A stretch of DNA of 59,705 nt, the filler included, from Globobulimina sp. (lineage: Eukaryota), in assembly GCA_003354225.1 (NCBI GenBank). It is 9 parts of 9 records of this genome, joined end to end, with 100 filler letters (N's around TTAATTAATTAA, not from the genome) between each part and the next. Parts side by side here need not be neighbours in the genome. Positions count along the whole stretch, not along the records: positions 6,668 to 13,224 come from PIVH01000275.1; positions 13,325 to 19,876 come from PIVH01000276.1; positions 19,977 to 26,526 come from PIVH01000277.1; 6 more parts are not named here. The stretch is one strand, 5' to 3'. This document shows, one piece after another, positions 10,201 to 21,620 of this stretch. The notes beneath the pieces are model-generated. The model was not told where the DNA came from. It saw only the letters and a list, made by a program, of their open reading frames with translations, and did not search any database. The position numbers and the translations under genes were made by a program. Each line of letters starts with the position of its first letter. The first letter of the stretch is position 1.

Positions 10201-12529
10201 TCATGATTACCCTCATTCACCAATGGCAAAGAAAATCATCGGATTTGACCAGGTATGTTTCTGCATGACAGGTAAAGGTATATTTATGTTTAAACACATT
10301 TCAGAATAATCAATATGGTAAGTTGTTCAGACGAAAGTACACGGTAACATGCTTTATGTGCTATAGGCGGTGCATTAAAAAAGGAATCATTCATTGGATA
10401 TTACTATTTGAGATGTGTTGACCAAGCTTTTGATCCAAAACTGTTAGGAGCAAAACGGCATAATGAAATATTGTATGTTGAATATTTTGCATACAAGAAT
10501 GGGCTGTCGAATGTACGGCACATTGCTTCCGGTCACGGCATTGGCCAGAAATGGATTAAAATCTCTTCTGGTCTGATTCAAGCCGATGGCTACTGTTCCA
10601 TAACCGAACCTGATGGGACTTGGCGCCGGCTTATAATTGAATATCACGAGGAAGGTAAGGGAAGCTGCTGAGCCGCTGTTCTATTTATCACAATATGATC
10701 TACCAGCAGTTATGCTTATTTACTCAAGGGTTCTCACATGGATGGTGTGAAGCTTGTCAAACAGATGAGAGAAATTCGAAAATTTTCCATCCCACTGGAA
10801 AAACCATGTTGCATCAGTACAACCGAACCATGGAGAGAATGGAAGAAATCAAAAATGCTGGTTTCGAATTACACTTCATATGGGAATGTCAATTTGAAAA
10901 GATGAAGAGAGAGAAGGAATTTGCTTTCTTTGAAAGATATCATTTTCATTTGGGACCTTTCATCAAGCAACGCTTTTTGACTGAACAAGAAGCACTTCAG
11001 CAAATATTTACAGGCGATATCAATGGATTCGTAGAATTATCGTGCAGAGTAGATCCCAGTGAGAGGTGGTACTTTTGTGACTTTCCAGCCATTTTCAAGG
11101 TGTGCTACTCTTTTTCCTTATTGTAACTATAATTGATTGATTGCTTTTAAGCATATGGAAATCGATAGATCGATGCTCTACGAACCAATGTTGAGTTACG
11201 CGAAAAAGTACAATCTGTTACAACATAAACAAAAGCTGCTTGTTTCATCATTTCACGGCGATAATGTGGTTTTCTCTACAACCTACATCAGATTTCTGCA
11301 AGGCCTTGGTGTGTCATTCTTTGGTGTCAAGAAAATTATACAATTTCGATCAGATCCATGCCTTGCGCCGTACATTGACAAATTTACGGAAAACAGATTG
11401 AAAGGTGACACTACAAATAATCCGTTATTGAGCGAGTGGAGTAAATCAGGTTTGTTTAATTATTATGTTGTTTTAACGATGTATTTTGTGACTGTTATGT
11501 TTTCTCTCAGCGATCAATAACAGTTTTGGTTATTCAATCATGAATCAAAAGAAAAGAACAGTCACAAAATACAAGAATTGGAAACAGTTTCGAAAAATTC
11601 TAATGAATAGATCACCAGTGATTGATATGTTTGAAGCAGGGCTACCCGATACTCCAACTGAATTAGTCGAAGTAACTACCAGGCCAAAAAAGATAGTATT
11701 CAATACACCCATACAAATTGGAACAGAAGTTTTATCCAGAGGTAGTGGCTAAAATTTCCTAAAAACTTTACTTTTGTCATTGACTCTTGCAGGAAAAGTG
11801 GAGTTGCTCAAATTTGTTTATGAAGTGATCAAGCCAAATCTAAAACCAGATCACTATGAGTTTCTGCTTACTGATACCGATAGTATGTATTGTTTTAGTT
11901 CACGATTTTTATTTACTATGAGATGGATTTGTAGGTGTATATATGGCCATTGCAGCGGAATCACTGGCTGATTGTTTGAAAGAAGGTCGTGTGGATGAAT
12001 GGAAACGAATTCAATATGAGCGATTTGTAGATGAAACGACGGAAGCTCGAAAATTAGCCACCAAACGAACTCCCTTATACTGGTATTGCTTTCTCTCAAA
12101 ACACCAATGCATATAGAATTAGGAAGTATAATATTTTAGGCATGTAGAACGAGAATCTAAAGGAACACTGGTTGGTGCAGTGATATTTCCGGTAAATTTC
12201 TGTAGCTTTGTTTTTCGATTCAATTTTTATAGATTGCCCTCTCTTCCAAATTGTACATTATCACTGATGAGTCTGATCAAGCAATAAAGACAAGCGCTAA
12301 GGGAATACAAAAACAAAAGAACCAAAATTTGATGAGTAAAGCTCTGTTTGAGAGTCTGCTACATGACAGGGAAATGGATGGATTACCCTTGGTTGTTAAT
12401 ACAGGTTTTATGCAAAAAAATGAAAAAATGAAAACATATACTTTGAACAAGCATAGTCTACATAGCTTATATATCAAACGAATTGTTCGTGATTGCAGAG
12501 TCCATACAAAAACCTATTCAGAATATTAA
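7238..12529 (+). CDS. Polinton/adintovirus-type protein-primed DNA polymerase B, 17 exons, ~1441 aa
   Basis: GT-AG introns at 7268-7318, 7378-7429, 7990-8012, 8666-8716, 8808-8864, 8936-8986, 9502-9672, 10253-10304, 10318-10366, 10655-10728, 11100-11151, 11450-11510, 11742-11792, 11883-11934, 12083-12139 and 12171-12232 leave a 4326-nt open frame. It contains ExoI VFDIES, ExoII GWNSGKYD, KEYFPY, ExoIII YIKAD, GGPSIIFTR, motif A GFDQNNQYG, motif B KSAINNSFG, motif C TDTDS, IALSSKLY, SAKGI and YIKR. Confidence 0.9.
9528..9555. repeat. Perfect 13-bp GC-rich hairpin inside polB intron 7
   Basis: CTGCAAGACACGC-TT-GCGTGTCTTGCAG. Confidence 0.9.
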
Positions 12530-12632
12530 ACGAATTGTTTGCTTGTTTGTTCATTTCAGAACATGTGGCTTTGGAATGAAGTGAACGATTTTATTTGGGT
12601 GTATATACAGTTAATCAAAGCTGAACAATAAA

Positions 12633-13145
12633 TCAGGTTAGTTTATCTTTTCTAAATTTGAGAAATATACGTCGCAAATTAGGATCATTAAGCTGGCTTG
12701 TGCCAAATGGTGTATCGCTTAACATTTCTAGAAATTCTTTCACTCCTTCGACCATATTGTCGTCAGTAATTCCATGTTGATTAGGTCCTAATTGTTTAGT
12801 TACTATAGCCAATATATCTCTCAAATTAGAACATTTAACTCTAATTCGAGCATTTTTAACCGGTACATATTTTAAGATATGTCCTGTATTGGCATCATAA
12901 CCAAATAATTCGCCTTTTAAAAGCAACTTGATCATGTCAGTTGCTAATTCTCTGTTTCTTGCTGGTAGGGAATTGATCACTTCAGTAAATGCAGCGTTCA
13001 TTTCTTGAACTTTTGGCTTTGTTTCTTCATGTAGTACTGATGGTTGAGCTGAATTTACTTTTTGACTTTTCAACTGTTCCATTTCGTTTAACAAATCATC
13101 CAACTCTAATTTATTTATAGCTACATGTTCAGAAAAATTATTCAT
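12633..13145 (-). CDS. Hypothetical protein resembling a conserved uncharacterised Polinton/adintovirus ORF
   Basis: 170 aa with the pattern INSLP.RNRE.A..MIKLL...YDANTGHI...SNLRDIL...EGVKEFLEML..TP...LND. It is convergent with polB. The family resemblance is from recall. Confidence 0.5.
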   Translation of the reverse strand: MNNFSEHVAINKLELDDLLNEMEQLKSQKVNSAQPSVLHEETKPKVQEMNAAFTEVINSLPARNRELATDMIKLLLKGELFGYDANTGHILKYVPVKNARIRVKCSNLRDILAIVTKQLGPNQHGITDDNMVEGVKEFLEMLSDTPFGTSQLNDPNLRRIFLKFRKDKLT

Positions 13146-13224
13146 AATTTAGCAAAATTTCTATCAATGGTTTTAGTTCTTTCAAATGAATTCGCAAATA
13201 ATTAGCTGGTCTTTTGACTTTCTT

Positions 13225-13324
13225 NNNNNNNNNNNNNNNNNNNNNNNNNNNNNNNNNNNNNNNNNNNNTTAATTAATTAANNNNNNNNNNNNNNNNNNNN
13301 NNNNNNNNNNNNNNNNNNNNNNNN
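13225..13324. other. Artificial contig spacer
   Basis: 44N + TTAATTAATTAA + 44N. Confidence 0.99.
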
Positions 13325-13417
13325 GGAAATAGAAATAATTAAATTAATTAATTTTCACCCAAAAGACATCAATTGCAACAAAAACAAGCTAGAATTCAAT
13401 TATTCAAACTTTAGAGC

Positions 13418-14194
13418 ATGAATTTGTTGACAGTACTATTTGACACAGAAACATGGTTGGGAGAAGTTATTCACATTGGAATTCAAATTTTTATTTGGCT
13501 CCGAATGCAGAAGTTAATCAATAAATATTTTGCAAACAGCAAATGGCATCAAAAAGCTGTTGCTAACACAAACGATGCAACTGGTGTCATTTTGAGAACA
13601 CTTTGGATTCGCACGCATCATTCATTCACTCTATTTATGTGTTTGATTGGATATTGTTCAGTCAACGCTGCATTGTTTCGTATTGGTTTGTTTTCAGAAA
13701 TTGCATTTGTATTAGTTGACTTACATTACACAAGGGTACATTCAAAAATGTTAATGTCAAAAAACAAATTGTTTTTTATTGGAAGCTTATTTCATCATGC
13801 TTGTGATATTTTGGTATTGCCTTCTTTCAATCTTTATATGGGAAACAATATAAGAGCACAAAGATTAATAATTTCACTCATGGCAGCATCGCCATTTAGA
13901 TCTATAATATGGATTTTAAAAGTGACAAGAAACAAAAAACATTTGAAAGAAAGATCTCAGTTTGCTGTAATTTCATTTATTTCAATTTTGATTTTCGTTT
14001 ATACGAGATTTTATGACGCTCCGTATTGTTTTTTTCAATTGTTTCAATCAGATTTTGTTGGCGATGGAGAAATTACGAAATTTGAATTTATGATGATGTT
14101 TGGTTACACTTTGAATAACATATTTAATGTGTTATTGCTGTATCTCGAATGCAAAAGTTTGTATGTGTTATTGTTTGGTAAACACAAAAGGTGA
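13418..14194 (+). CDS. Multi-pass membrane protein, TLC (TRAM/LAG1/CLN8)-domain-like
   Basis: 258 aa with several TM segments, the di-histidine motif LFHH, and FVYTRF. Confidence 0.55.
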   Translation: MNLLTVLFDTETWLGEVIHIGIQIFIWLRMQKLINKYFANSKWHQKAVANTNDATGVILRTLWIRTHHSFTLFMCLIGYCSVNAALFRIGLFSEIAFVLVDLHYTRVHSKMLMSKNKLFFIGSLFHHACDILVLPSFNLYMGNNIRAQRLIISLMAASPFRSIIWILKVTRNKKHLKERSQFAVISFISILIFVYTRFYDAPYCFFQLFQSDFVGDGEITKFEFMMMFGYTLNNIFNVLLLYLECKSLYVLLFGKHKR

Positions 14195-14722
14195 AGGCGC
14201 TGTTGCATTATTTATAGACTGGATTTCATTTTATTTCTTTAATTTTACTTCGCTATTTTTTCAACACTTGCAGCGGCAATGCTGACGCTTAAAAATTGAA
14301 TAATAATTCCGAGCAAAATCCATCGTATTTGACAGTTTTTTGGATTTTGTATTCATTTACTTAATTTTGCTTGCTCCACATTTGTGAAGTTTTCCAATTC
14401 GATTTTAAGTCAACCATCCTCTCTTCAATTCATGGTTAGCCATTTTATGTTGTATATATCTTACTTGGGTTGGTATTGATCAAAACCAATCACCAATAAC
14501 GTTTTTAAAGTGACAAATTTGTGTGATATTGATCCCCCTTTGATCCCCCCTTGACTGTTATTTTCTCTTAACTGCAAAATGGCAACCTGACCCTTGCTGG
14601 TAAGTACTGCAAACGCTTCTGAGACTATCAGAATACCCAAATCAACAATACATCAATCACACATTCGTCATTCGGGTTCCCATCGATTTTTCAATATTGA
14701 TACGCTAAAGGAATCGACCAAA

Positions 14723-14832
14723 GAAACAAATGAAACCAATGAAACAAAATGAAACCAATGAGACGAAATGAAACCAATGAAACTGATTGAAACGAATGAA
14801 ACAATGCAACCAATGAAATTAATGAAACTAAT
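14723..14832. repeat. Degenerate 9-10-bp tandem repeat (GAAACCAAT-like)
   Basis: About 12 units such as gaaaccaat, gaaacaaaat, gaaacgaat and gaaactaat. Confidence 0.8.
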
Positions 14833-16393
14833 CACAGCTGAGATCTCTTTGTTTCAATGATGGCGTAAACTGGAGTTGTAATGAGTACGCATTGTTTGAC
14901 GTATGTAATGGATCATCAATTGAATGATGAAATTTTAATTTTGTTTGTGTTTTGCAATTGTCAGTTTAATTTATTACGTTTGTTGTGAACAATTCTCTTT
15001 TTTATGAACCACATGTGCAAGGATATAACTAATTTAAAGTATAAGGACAAAAAACGTTTTCTGAAGTTCAAACTCTGGAAGATTAAATAAATATATTAAA
15101 CGAATAAATAGCTGGTACAATCAAACAAACACAATCACAACAATGAACCAAACACAACAATATATACAATTTAATACAAAGCATGAGTCTTCTTTGTTGG
15201 CGATCACATAAGATCGCCAAGCTGTTTTATCCAAGGTCCATACAAGGTCCATCCATGAATTCAAAAGAGACTTTAATTAATTTTGAAGATGTGTATGTCA
15301 TTTGACCGATGATGCATCAACAACGAACACATTTGCGTTGTGTTAATTGTGTTTGTATGTGTGTTAATTGTGTTTGTGTGTGGTAATGAAATGAATGTAA
15401 TCCATTTTTCAATGTGTTTGTTAACATCGTTTGCAGATCAAATCATGTAATGTAATGAATCAAAGCAATGCAATGAAATTGCAACTGCGAAGACAATTAT
15501 GTTTCTTATCGAACATTTGTGTCGTAGTTATTTTGAACGATTATGAAATGTTGCTGCTGTTGAGTTATATTAATGATGATCCATTGTGAGTAAACAAAAA
15601 TGTATATTTTGAGATCAAATAACGTAAAACAAATAAAATGAAAGCTGTTTGAACAGCGATCAACTCTTGCTCTGATATGCCAGGCATAGCTTTCAATTGC
15701 TCGCAGCGATTTATCAATTCTTTGGCAGTCACATATGTCTCGTCTTCAAATTCTTTCAATCCATTTCGTAAATAATATTCAATCTGTTTAATATTGTTTA
15801 CAGTGTTTCAGATATGTTTAATAATATTCAATCTGTTTAATATAATCTTAACTGAACGGTCTCCCTCTACGATGTCATTTTCTCCGTCTCATCGCCTTCG
15901 ATTCCATCATTTTCTTCCATAGTATCGTCTTCATCACTGGAAGACAAAGGTGGTTTGGATTGAGATGATTTTGATGGTTTGGATGTATCTCTTGCCATAT
16001 TGGATGGTTGTCTCAAGTAAAAAAGGTGAACATGACTAGCTGTCTCAAGTAAAAAAGGTATTCGAAAATTTTTCAAAAAAAAGGTATTTTTTGGCAAAAG
16101 GTATTTTCTGCCAGCAAAAAATCATTCCAAGCCTGAATTCAACTCATTCAATTATTTAAATAATATGCACCGGAATTGATAACTGCGACCTTTCTCGTAA
16201 TTATTTCCAAACTGAAAACAAACTAAACACAAAGTACTATGACGGAGCTCTCCGTTTGCATTGGGTTTCTGTCTGATTTGCGAGAGAAAAAAATGTTTTT
16301 GAGTCCAGTTTCTTTCTTAGTAAAATTGATAATGGCAATCAAAATACACACAACAGTGCGACAGGAGGCAAACGCGATACACTTTCCAATTCA

Positions 16394-17418
16394 ATGCAAG
16401 AGAATGACAAACATTACCAGAAAACCTACACAAACTTCTTAATCGAACACTGCTTTGTCGAGGAAGAGGACATAAACGAGCAGTACGAATGGTTGCACGA
16501 ATCGTATGACATACAATACGACCCTGACGACCCGTATGGTCTACGATTGCCTCCCAATCACAAAGGACGGACTGTCACAAATGCCAAGGCTGAATACACG
16601 GAAAAGGAGCAATATTTTGGGAAGAGTTTCAGAGCCGAAAAATTGGAGTTTAATCACTTCAATAAATCGTTCATTTTAGACTCGTGTCCGCCTATGCCCG
16701 ACCGAATGGTGCATCACTCACCCAACGAGCGCAACGAAGCGCCACTGTATTTGCCCCACATTTCTCAGACCATTCCGCAGTGGAGTTTAAAGAAAAAGAT
16801 TGCCAAAACCTATGGGCCTTCGTATATGAAAGAGATAACTTTGCCGCCCATGAAATTGCCAAACGAGTCTGATTTTCAGACAATGCTAGTCCAGTTTGTG
16901 CGCGAGAAAAAGTACAAAAATTTCGCAGTGGAAAGGCACAGCGAAATTGAAACTAAAAACCATAAAAACAAAGACATTTCTTTGGAGAAATATTTGAATT
17001 TGACAATGGCGTGAGCTCAGAGTATTTGAGAGAGAATTTGGGAAGGAAAAAGCAATTGGGCATTGGCACTCCCTTTAATAATGAGAGCTATGACCGACAC
17101 AATGATATCGTGAGCAGAGAGTACGAAATATGTGACAAAGACCTGTGCTATGAAATGAAGGGCAGTGGCGACCCTCGATTGCCGTCGGAGTTTAAGCACT
17201 TTGTGTTTCGGCAATTCATTGACAGTATCGATCGGAATGGGTCAATGGCGCCGTGGCAAAAGAATTATGCCTTCTCTTTGTTGCCGAAGGCGTTTGGGGG
17301 GCCAAAGGGACAGTTTATCGAAGAGATATTGGCGGGATGGCACCAAAGGAGCAGAGATTGGAGTATAGATTGGAGAGGTTTGGTGGCGAGGTTGGTGGGA
17401 GTGACATTACTACTTTGA
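16394..17418 (+). pseudogene. Frameshifted hypothetical gene (ORFs of 206 and 135 aa in different frames)
   Basis: The ORFs abut with higher GC than the flanks. The second frame is already open upstream of 17011 (RHFFGEIFEFDNGVSSEY), suggesting a frameshift near 16960. No family recognised. Confidence 0.4.
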
Positions 17419-18145
17419 TCAAGGATGGTACTACTGCTGCTGCTCTTGACACTTCTGGCTTGGGCTTGTGAAATTTTAAAAGTTTTTTTTAGAAAGTTCG
17501 ATCAGATCATGGCCGCTCAAGACAGTGCATCAAATGAAGACAGCTCCACAGTCAAACCCACCCGCAATACCGTCGATTTCAGCATATTTGAAAGCACAAA
17601 CGTTAAACGACTGTCAATGTCTGAAACGAATGGCATATGGCCTGCGATACTACGATGGATCGTTCCGTATTTTTCAAATATGCCACCGTTAATTTGCTGC
17701 TTTATTATATGTGTGTATATATTCAAAACAAACAGCTGCAAACTCAACTACAGAATTATGATGAATGGAAATAGAAATAATTAATATTTACAGATGACTT
17801 GTCTGATGATAAATTATTCAACAACGTAATCGAAATGATATAGCATGGATAACATCACATTGGTGTAACATCTTGCAATGTTTATTTCTGGCAAAGTTGA
17901 TGGCATATATACATATATAACGATACTTGAACACAAGAAGTTCACTTAATTAAAAAAAATCTTGTTATACAGCATAAATAATTTTAATGAACCAGACAAA
18001 GTTTACTATATACAATAGTGTCTTTTGTATTTATAACACTTGTATGACAATAAAATATCCATTATTTCTATTAAAATATTAATGCGGTTAAAACCTATAT
18101 GAAAACGTTAACTCACTTAAATTAAAGTAAAATAACAAAAAAAGC

Positions 18146-19876
18146 TCAATAATCACACCATGGCACCCATATTTGCCCAACAGAAGTGTTTGGATGTATT
18201 GGCGGCGGACACGTAGTGTCGTTTTGCAACGGTGGAACCCCATTTTGTTCCAAATACAACATCATTTCTTGCAATAATGCAACTAATGCGGAATTATTTT
18301 TTGTGACATTCTGATATTCATAAGGATCCACATCAAGCATATACAACTGGGGATAAATACCACTTGCTTCAATTTCATTCGGTGGTGGAATATGTCCACC
18401 ATCTCGATCTCCGCCAGTTCCATTTATTAATTTATTCCATTTATATCTATACCCAACGTTCGCATAATTTGTAATATTTGTAAAATTCGTTGCCGACGTA
18501 GCATACCCGTACCATATATAATCTCTGAAAGCAAAATATTTATCCTCTGCAATGGCTGATTCGTTGCCTATAATCCCCTTCCATTGACTTACACTGTCAA
18601 TGCTATGATTTATTGAAGCATTGACATCAATTCCTGCTGCTTCCAAAAACGTAGCATACCAATCCACAGTGTGCATTAATTGTGTATAGTTTCTTCCTCT
18701 CCAACTGCTTGGTATTAAGTCAGGTGTACCATAAATGAATGCAGTTAATCTGGTGCCACCTTCCCAAATGGTTGCCTTTCCTCCTTTTAATGGATAATTA
18801 AAACCACCGCACTGACCCACCGGAGCTCCATTATCCGATGAAAAAATAATTAGAGTGTTCCCATCATCATTCATATATCCATTCTCCTTCAGAGCTTGTG
18901 TGATATTTCCGATTCCCTCATCTAAAATACTCAACATTCCGGCAAATGTTCTTCGCGTAGTGTCATTAATGGAGTTGTTGTATGCAGCTACATACTGTGC
19001 AGGCACTTGACACGGACCATGTACAGATTGCCTTTTTATAATTGCATGCAACATACATTTATTAAAATAAAATAAAAGTAATAGAATAATATTAGAAATA
19101 ACCAAGGAATATAAAGAAATAATGGTTGATCGGAATTTGAATTGGAATGATTGTTAATAATTTGTATGGCTCTTCTGGTGAATGAAAACGTGGAATATTC
19201 GCCTTTGGCGGACCCGTCCGGTTTATAACAACCTTCACCACATTCGATGCCATTTAACTCCATAAAATCATAATATCCGTCTCGTATATGCTGCAATATA
19301 CAGTATTGTCAGAAACAAAGCTGGATAATATACAAAACATACAGTGTAGTAATTTTCTTCTCCATTGAAATAGCCATAAAAACTTTTAAAGCCTCTGTAT
19401 GTCGGAGTGTATGGCCATTTGTAAAAACCCAAATGCCATTTTCCGACCTATTTATATGTTTGTTTGTAGTTTCGGTTATTTGTTTGGGCAAAATATATGT
19501 AAACTTAACGCAATGTGTATCATATCCATGTTCATATAATACCTTTGGTAGAAATTTAAACTGCAATGGGACACCGCCAGCATATGTTGGTGGTATTATT
19601 GTGTTGATGCCAGTATGCTGTAATAAGTGATTCAAGCGCATAGAAATAAATACATATCAATGACACGTATATATATACATTATACCAAAGGAAAAGATCC
19701 TGTCATGATTGTACTGCGTGTTGGTGTGCATAACGGTGTTCCGTAATACCATTCTAAAAATTGTGATTGTTGTCTTAAACCATTAATATTTGGTGTATGT
19801 ATTTGATTATTATCTTGAAATCCAAGGTCATCATAACCCAGGTCATCTGCTAAAAAAAAATGATATTTGGTGGTTT
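18146..19876 (-). CDS. Arylsulfatase B-like sulfatase, 5'-partial, multiple introns
   Basis: The minus strand at the contig end reads KPPNIIFFLADDLGYDD...LCTPTRSTIMTG (CxPxR). Further motifs are KWHLG, VHGP, SSDNG, NYPLKGGKATIWEGG, HTVDW and DPYE. Short GT-AG introns split the ORFs. Confidence 0.92.
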
Positions 19877-19976
19877 NNNNNNNNNNNNNNNNNNNNNNNN
19901 NNNNNNNNNNNNNNNNNNNNTTAATTAATTAANNNNNNNNNNNNNNNNNNNNNNNNNNNNNNNNNNNNNNNNNNNN
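19877..19976. other. Artificial contig spacer
   Basis: 44N + TTAATTAATTAA + 44N. Confidence 0.99.
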
Positions 19977-21138
19977 TCTGAAATCAAAAGGAAATTCTCT
20001 CTGTTTCTGGTAAAGCATCACTCCGATTGTTTGCCATAATTAAATTTTTGCAGCGTTATATCCAATAATCCCATCCAGTCATTGGATTATACTGCGTCGA
20101 ATTGTGTCGGTGACATAATCAGCGATAAACGAACAAAAATTAATAATCAAACTGCCATCATTTGTTCGTTCAGAATGACCAACTTGTAATACATTTTTAA
20201 CCCATTCGATTACTCTTGACAGTATTGCATAATATTTGTTTCTTCTCGTCGTCTAATCAGGTGATAATATTAGGCGGCGAAAAAATAGATCAGTGTGTGT
20301 GTGTGTTCCAGACAGACTGAGAAATGCGCCGTTAAACAAAATCATTTATAACCAAATACATACTCAAATATTCCAATTAAAAGGTTCAGGATCAGCTGCA
20401 TGAAATGGCTTAAATGGTCTACTTTCATTGCAAATTGCAACTTGTAATTCCAATAAAGTCCAATTAATAAATTGCGAAATGGTCGATGGTAACGTAGGGT
20501 TTTCTGCAGTTTTCTAAAAACTTTACTGAATAATCACCAGCTTAAATCTAAATACACGGCTCACAAATTACGTGCAATTGTGGCGATTTAAAGCTATCGA
20601 TGAATGGAGTTGTGAGGAATAAATTGAATGAATGATTTCTATCAATTTAAGTGCTGAAAATGAGCATAAAATCGGTGGCTTGATATTAATTCATTGCTGG
20701 ATATGGGGATATTATGGTGAAGAAGCTGTCAATACGAAAAGTTGGTGAGTGTGCGGCAGTGTTCTGCTCATCAACCTTTTGTGTCTGCATGAGCACAATG
20801 AATTTGTTCGGTGTTTGTTGTTTTTATTTTTAAAGTTGAAATATGTCAGTTTGTAATTTATAATACAGATATATCTTGAATATACAGCTGTAGGCACAAC
20901 ATATCAAACGTACAATACATTTGGCACCGCAGATATTTTTTTATGCGTTGTTTTGTGTTTGACAATTTATTTTTGTTTCGTTTTTGTATTATACGTATAC
21001 TTTTCAAACAATATTTACCTAAATCCAATCCCTTGAACTGTGAAATGAATTGCCAGAATTACCCATAAACCAAGCACCATGGCATCAATCTTTGATGGTT
21101 TTTGTCTGCTGCCATAACGTACCTAAACTATATATTTT

Positions 21139-21303
21139 AAAAAAGTCATATTTGATTTTCGTTGGCGCTGCATCGAAACTATACGTTGTATGACGTCGAT
21201 GTAGCTTACAAAAAAGTCATAATTGTTTTTGGTCGGTCTTGCACCATACGTAGTATGATGTCGATGTAGCATTTAGCAAACTTACAAAAAAGACATAATT
21301 GTT
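21139..21303. repeat. Imperfect tandem repeat, ~65-76-bp period, 2.3 copies
   Basis: AAAAAAG(T/A)CATA(A/T)TTG occurs three times (21139, 21210, 21286). ATACGT(T/A)GTATGA(C/T)GTCGATGTAGC occurs twice (21181, 21246). Confidence 0.8.
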
Positions 21304-21435
21304 ACATACTTGGTAAAACACAACACACGTAATAACTAAGCACATACTGAGTTCTTTGTAGCTGTCTGTATAGTTTGAGTTAAAAATAAGCATTTCAGAA
21401 AGTAATTACAAACCTAAGATTGTCATTGGAATGAT

Positions 21436-21503
21436 TTCGCACAACAGGAATTGAACCTGTATCCTGAAACAAATCCAGTGCTCTACATTTGAGCTATGTG
21501 CAA
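21436..21503 (-). tRNA. tRNA-like element or pseudo-tRNA with a non-canonical anticodon arm (possibly TTG)
   Basis: Minus strand: TTGCACA-TA-GCTC-AAATGTA-GAGC-A-CTGGA-TTTGT-TTCAG-GAT-ACAGG-TTCAATT-CCTGT-TGTGCGA-A. All four stems pair and A/B-box-like motifs are present, but the anticodon loop is only 5 nt. Confidence 0.65.
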
Positions 21504-21620
21504 TGACGCAATTCTATCTATGTGTTCAGTTGGTGAGCTAGCTGGCACAACCTAAAGTTTTATTTTGTTAGTAAAAAATGCTAGAAATGTTTAATTGATT
21601 TCGAAAAGTTTTAAAGAAGT

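Noticed and set aside
7275-12529. polB as a decayed pseudogene or a case of stop-codon reassignment
   Set aside because: Every break is bounded by GT and AG, and splicing restores the frame and conserved motifs.
19977-21100. Possible coding fragments at the start of contig 4
   Set aside because: No sustained ORF or recognisable motif.
21139-21303. CRISPR-like array
   Set aside because: There are only 2-3 degenerate units, the intervening parts are also repeated, there are no cas genes, and the context is eukaryotic.
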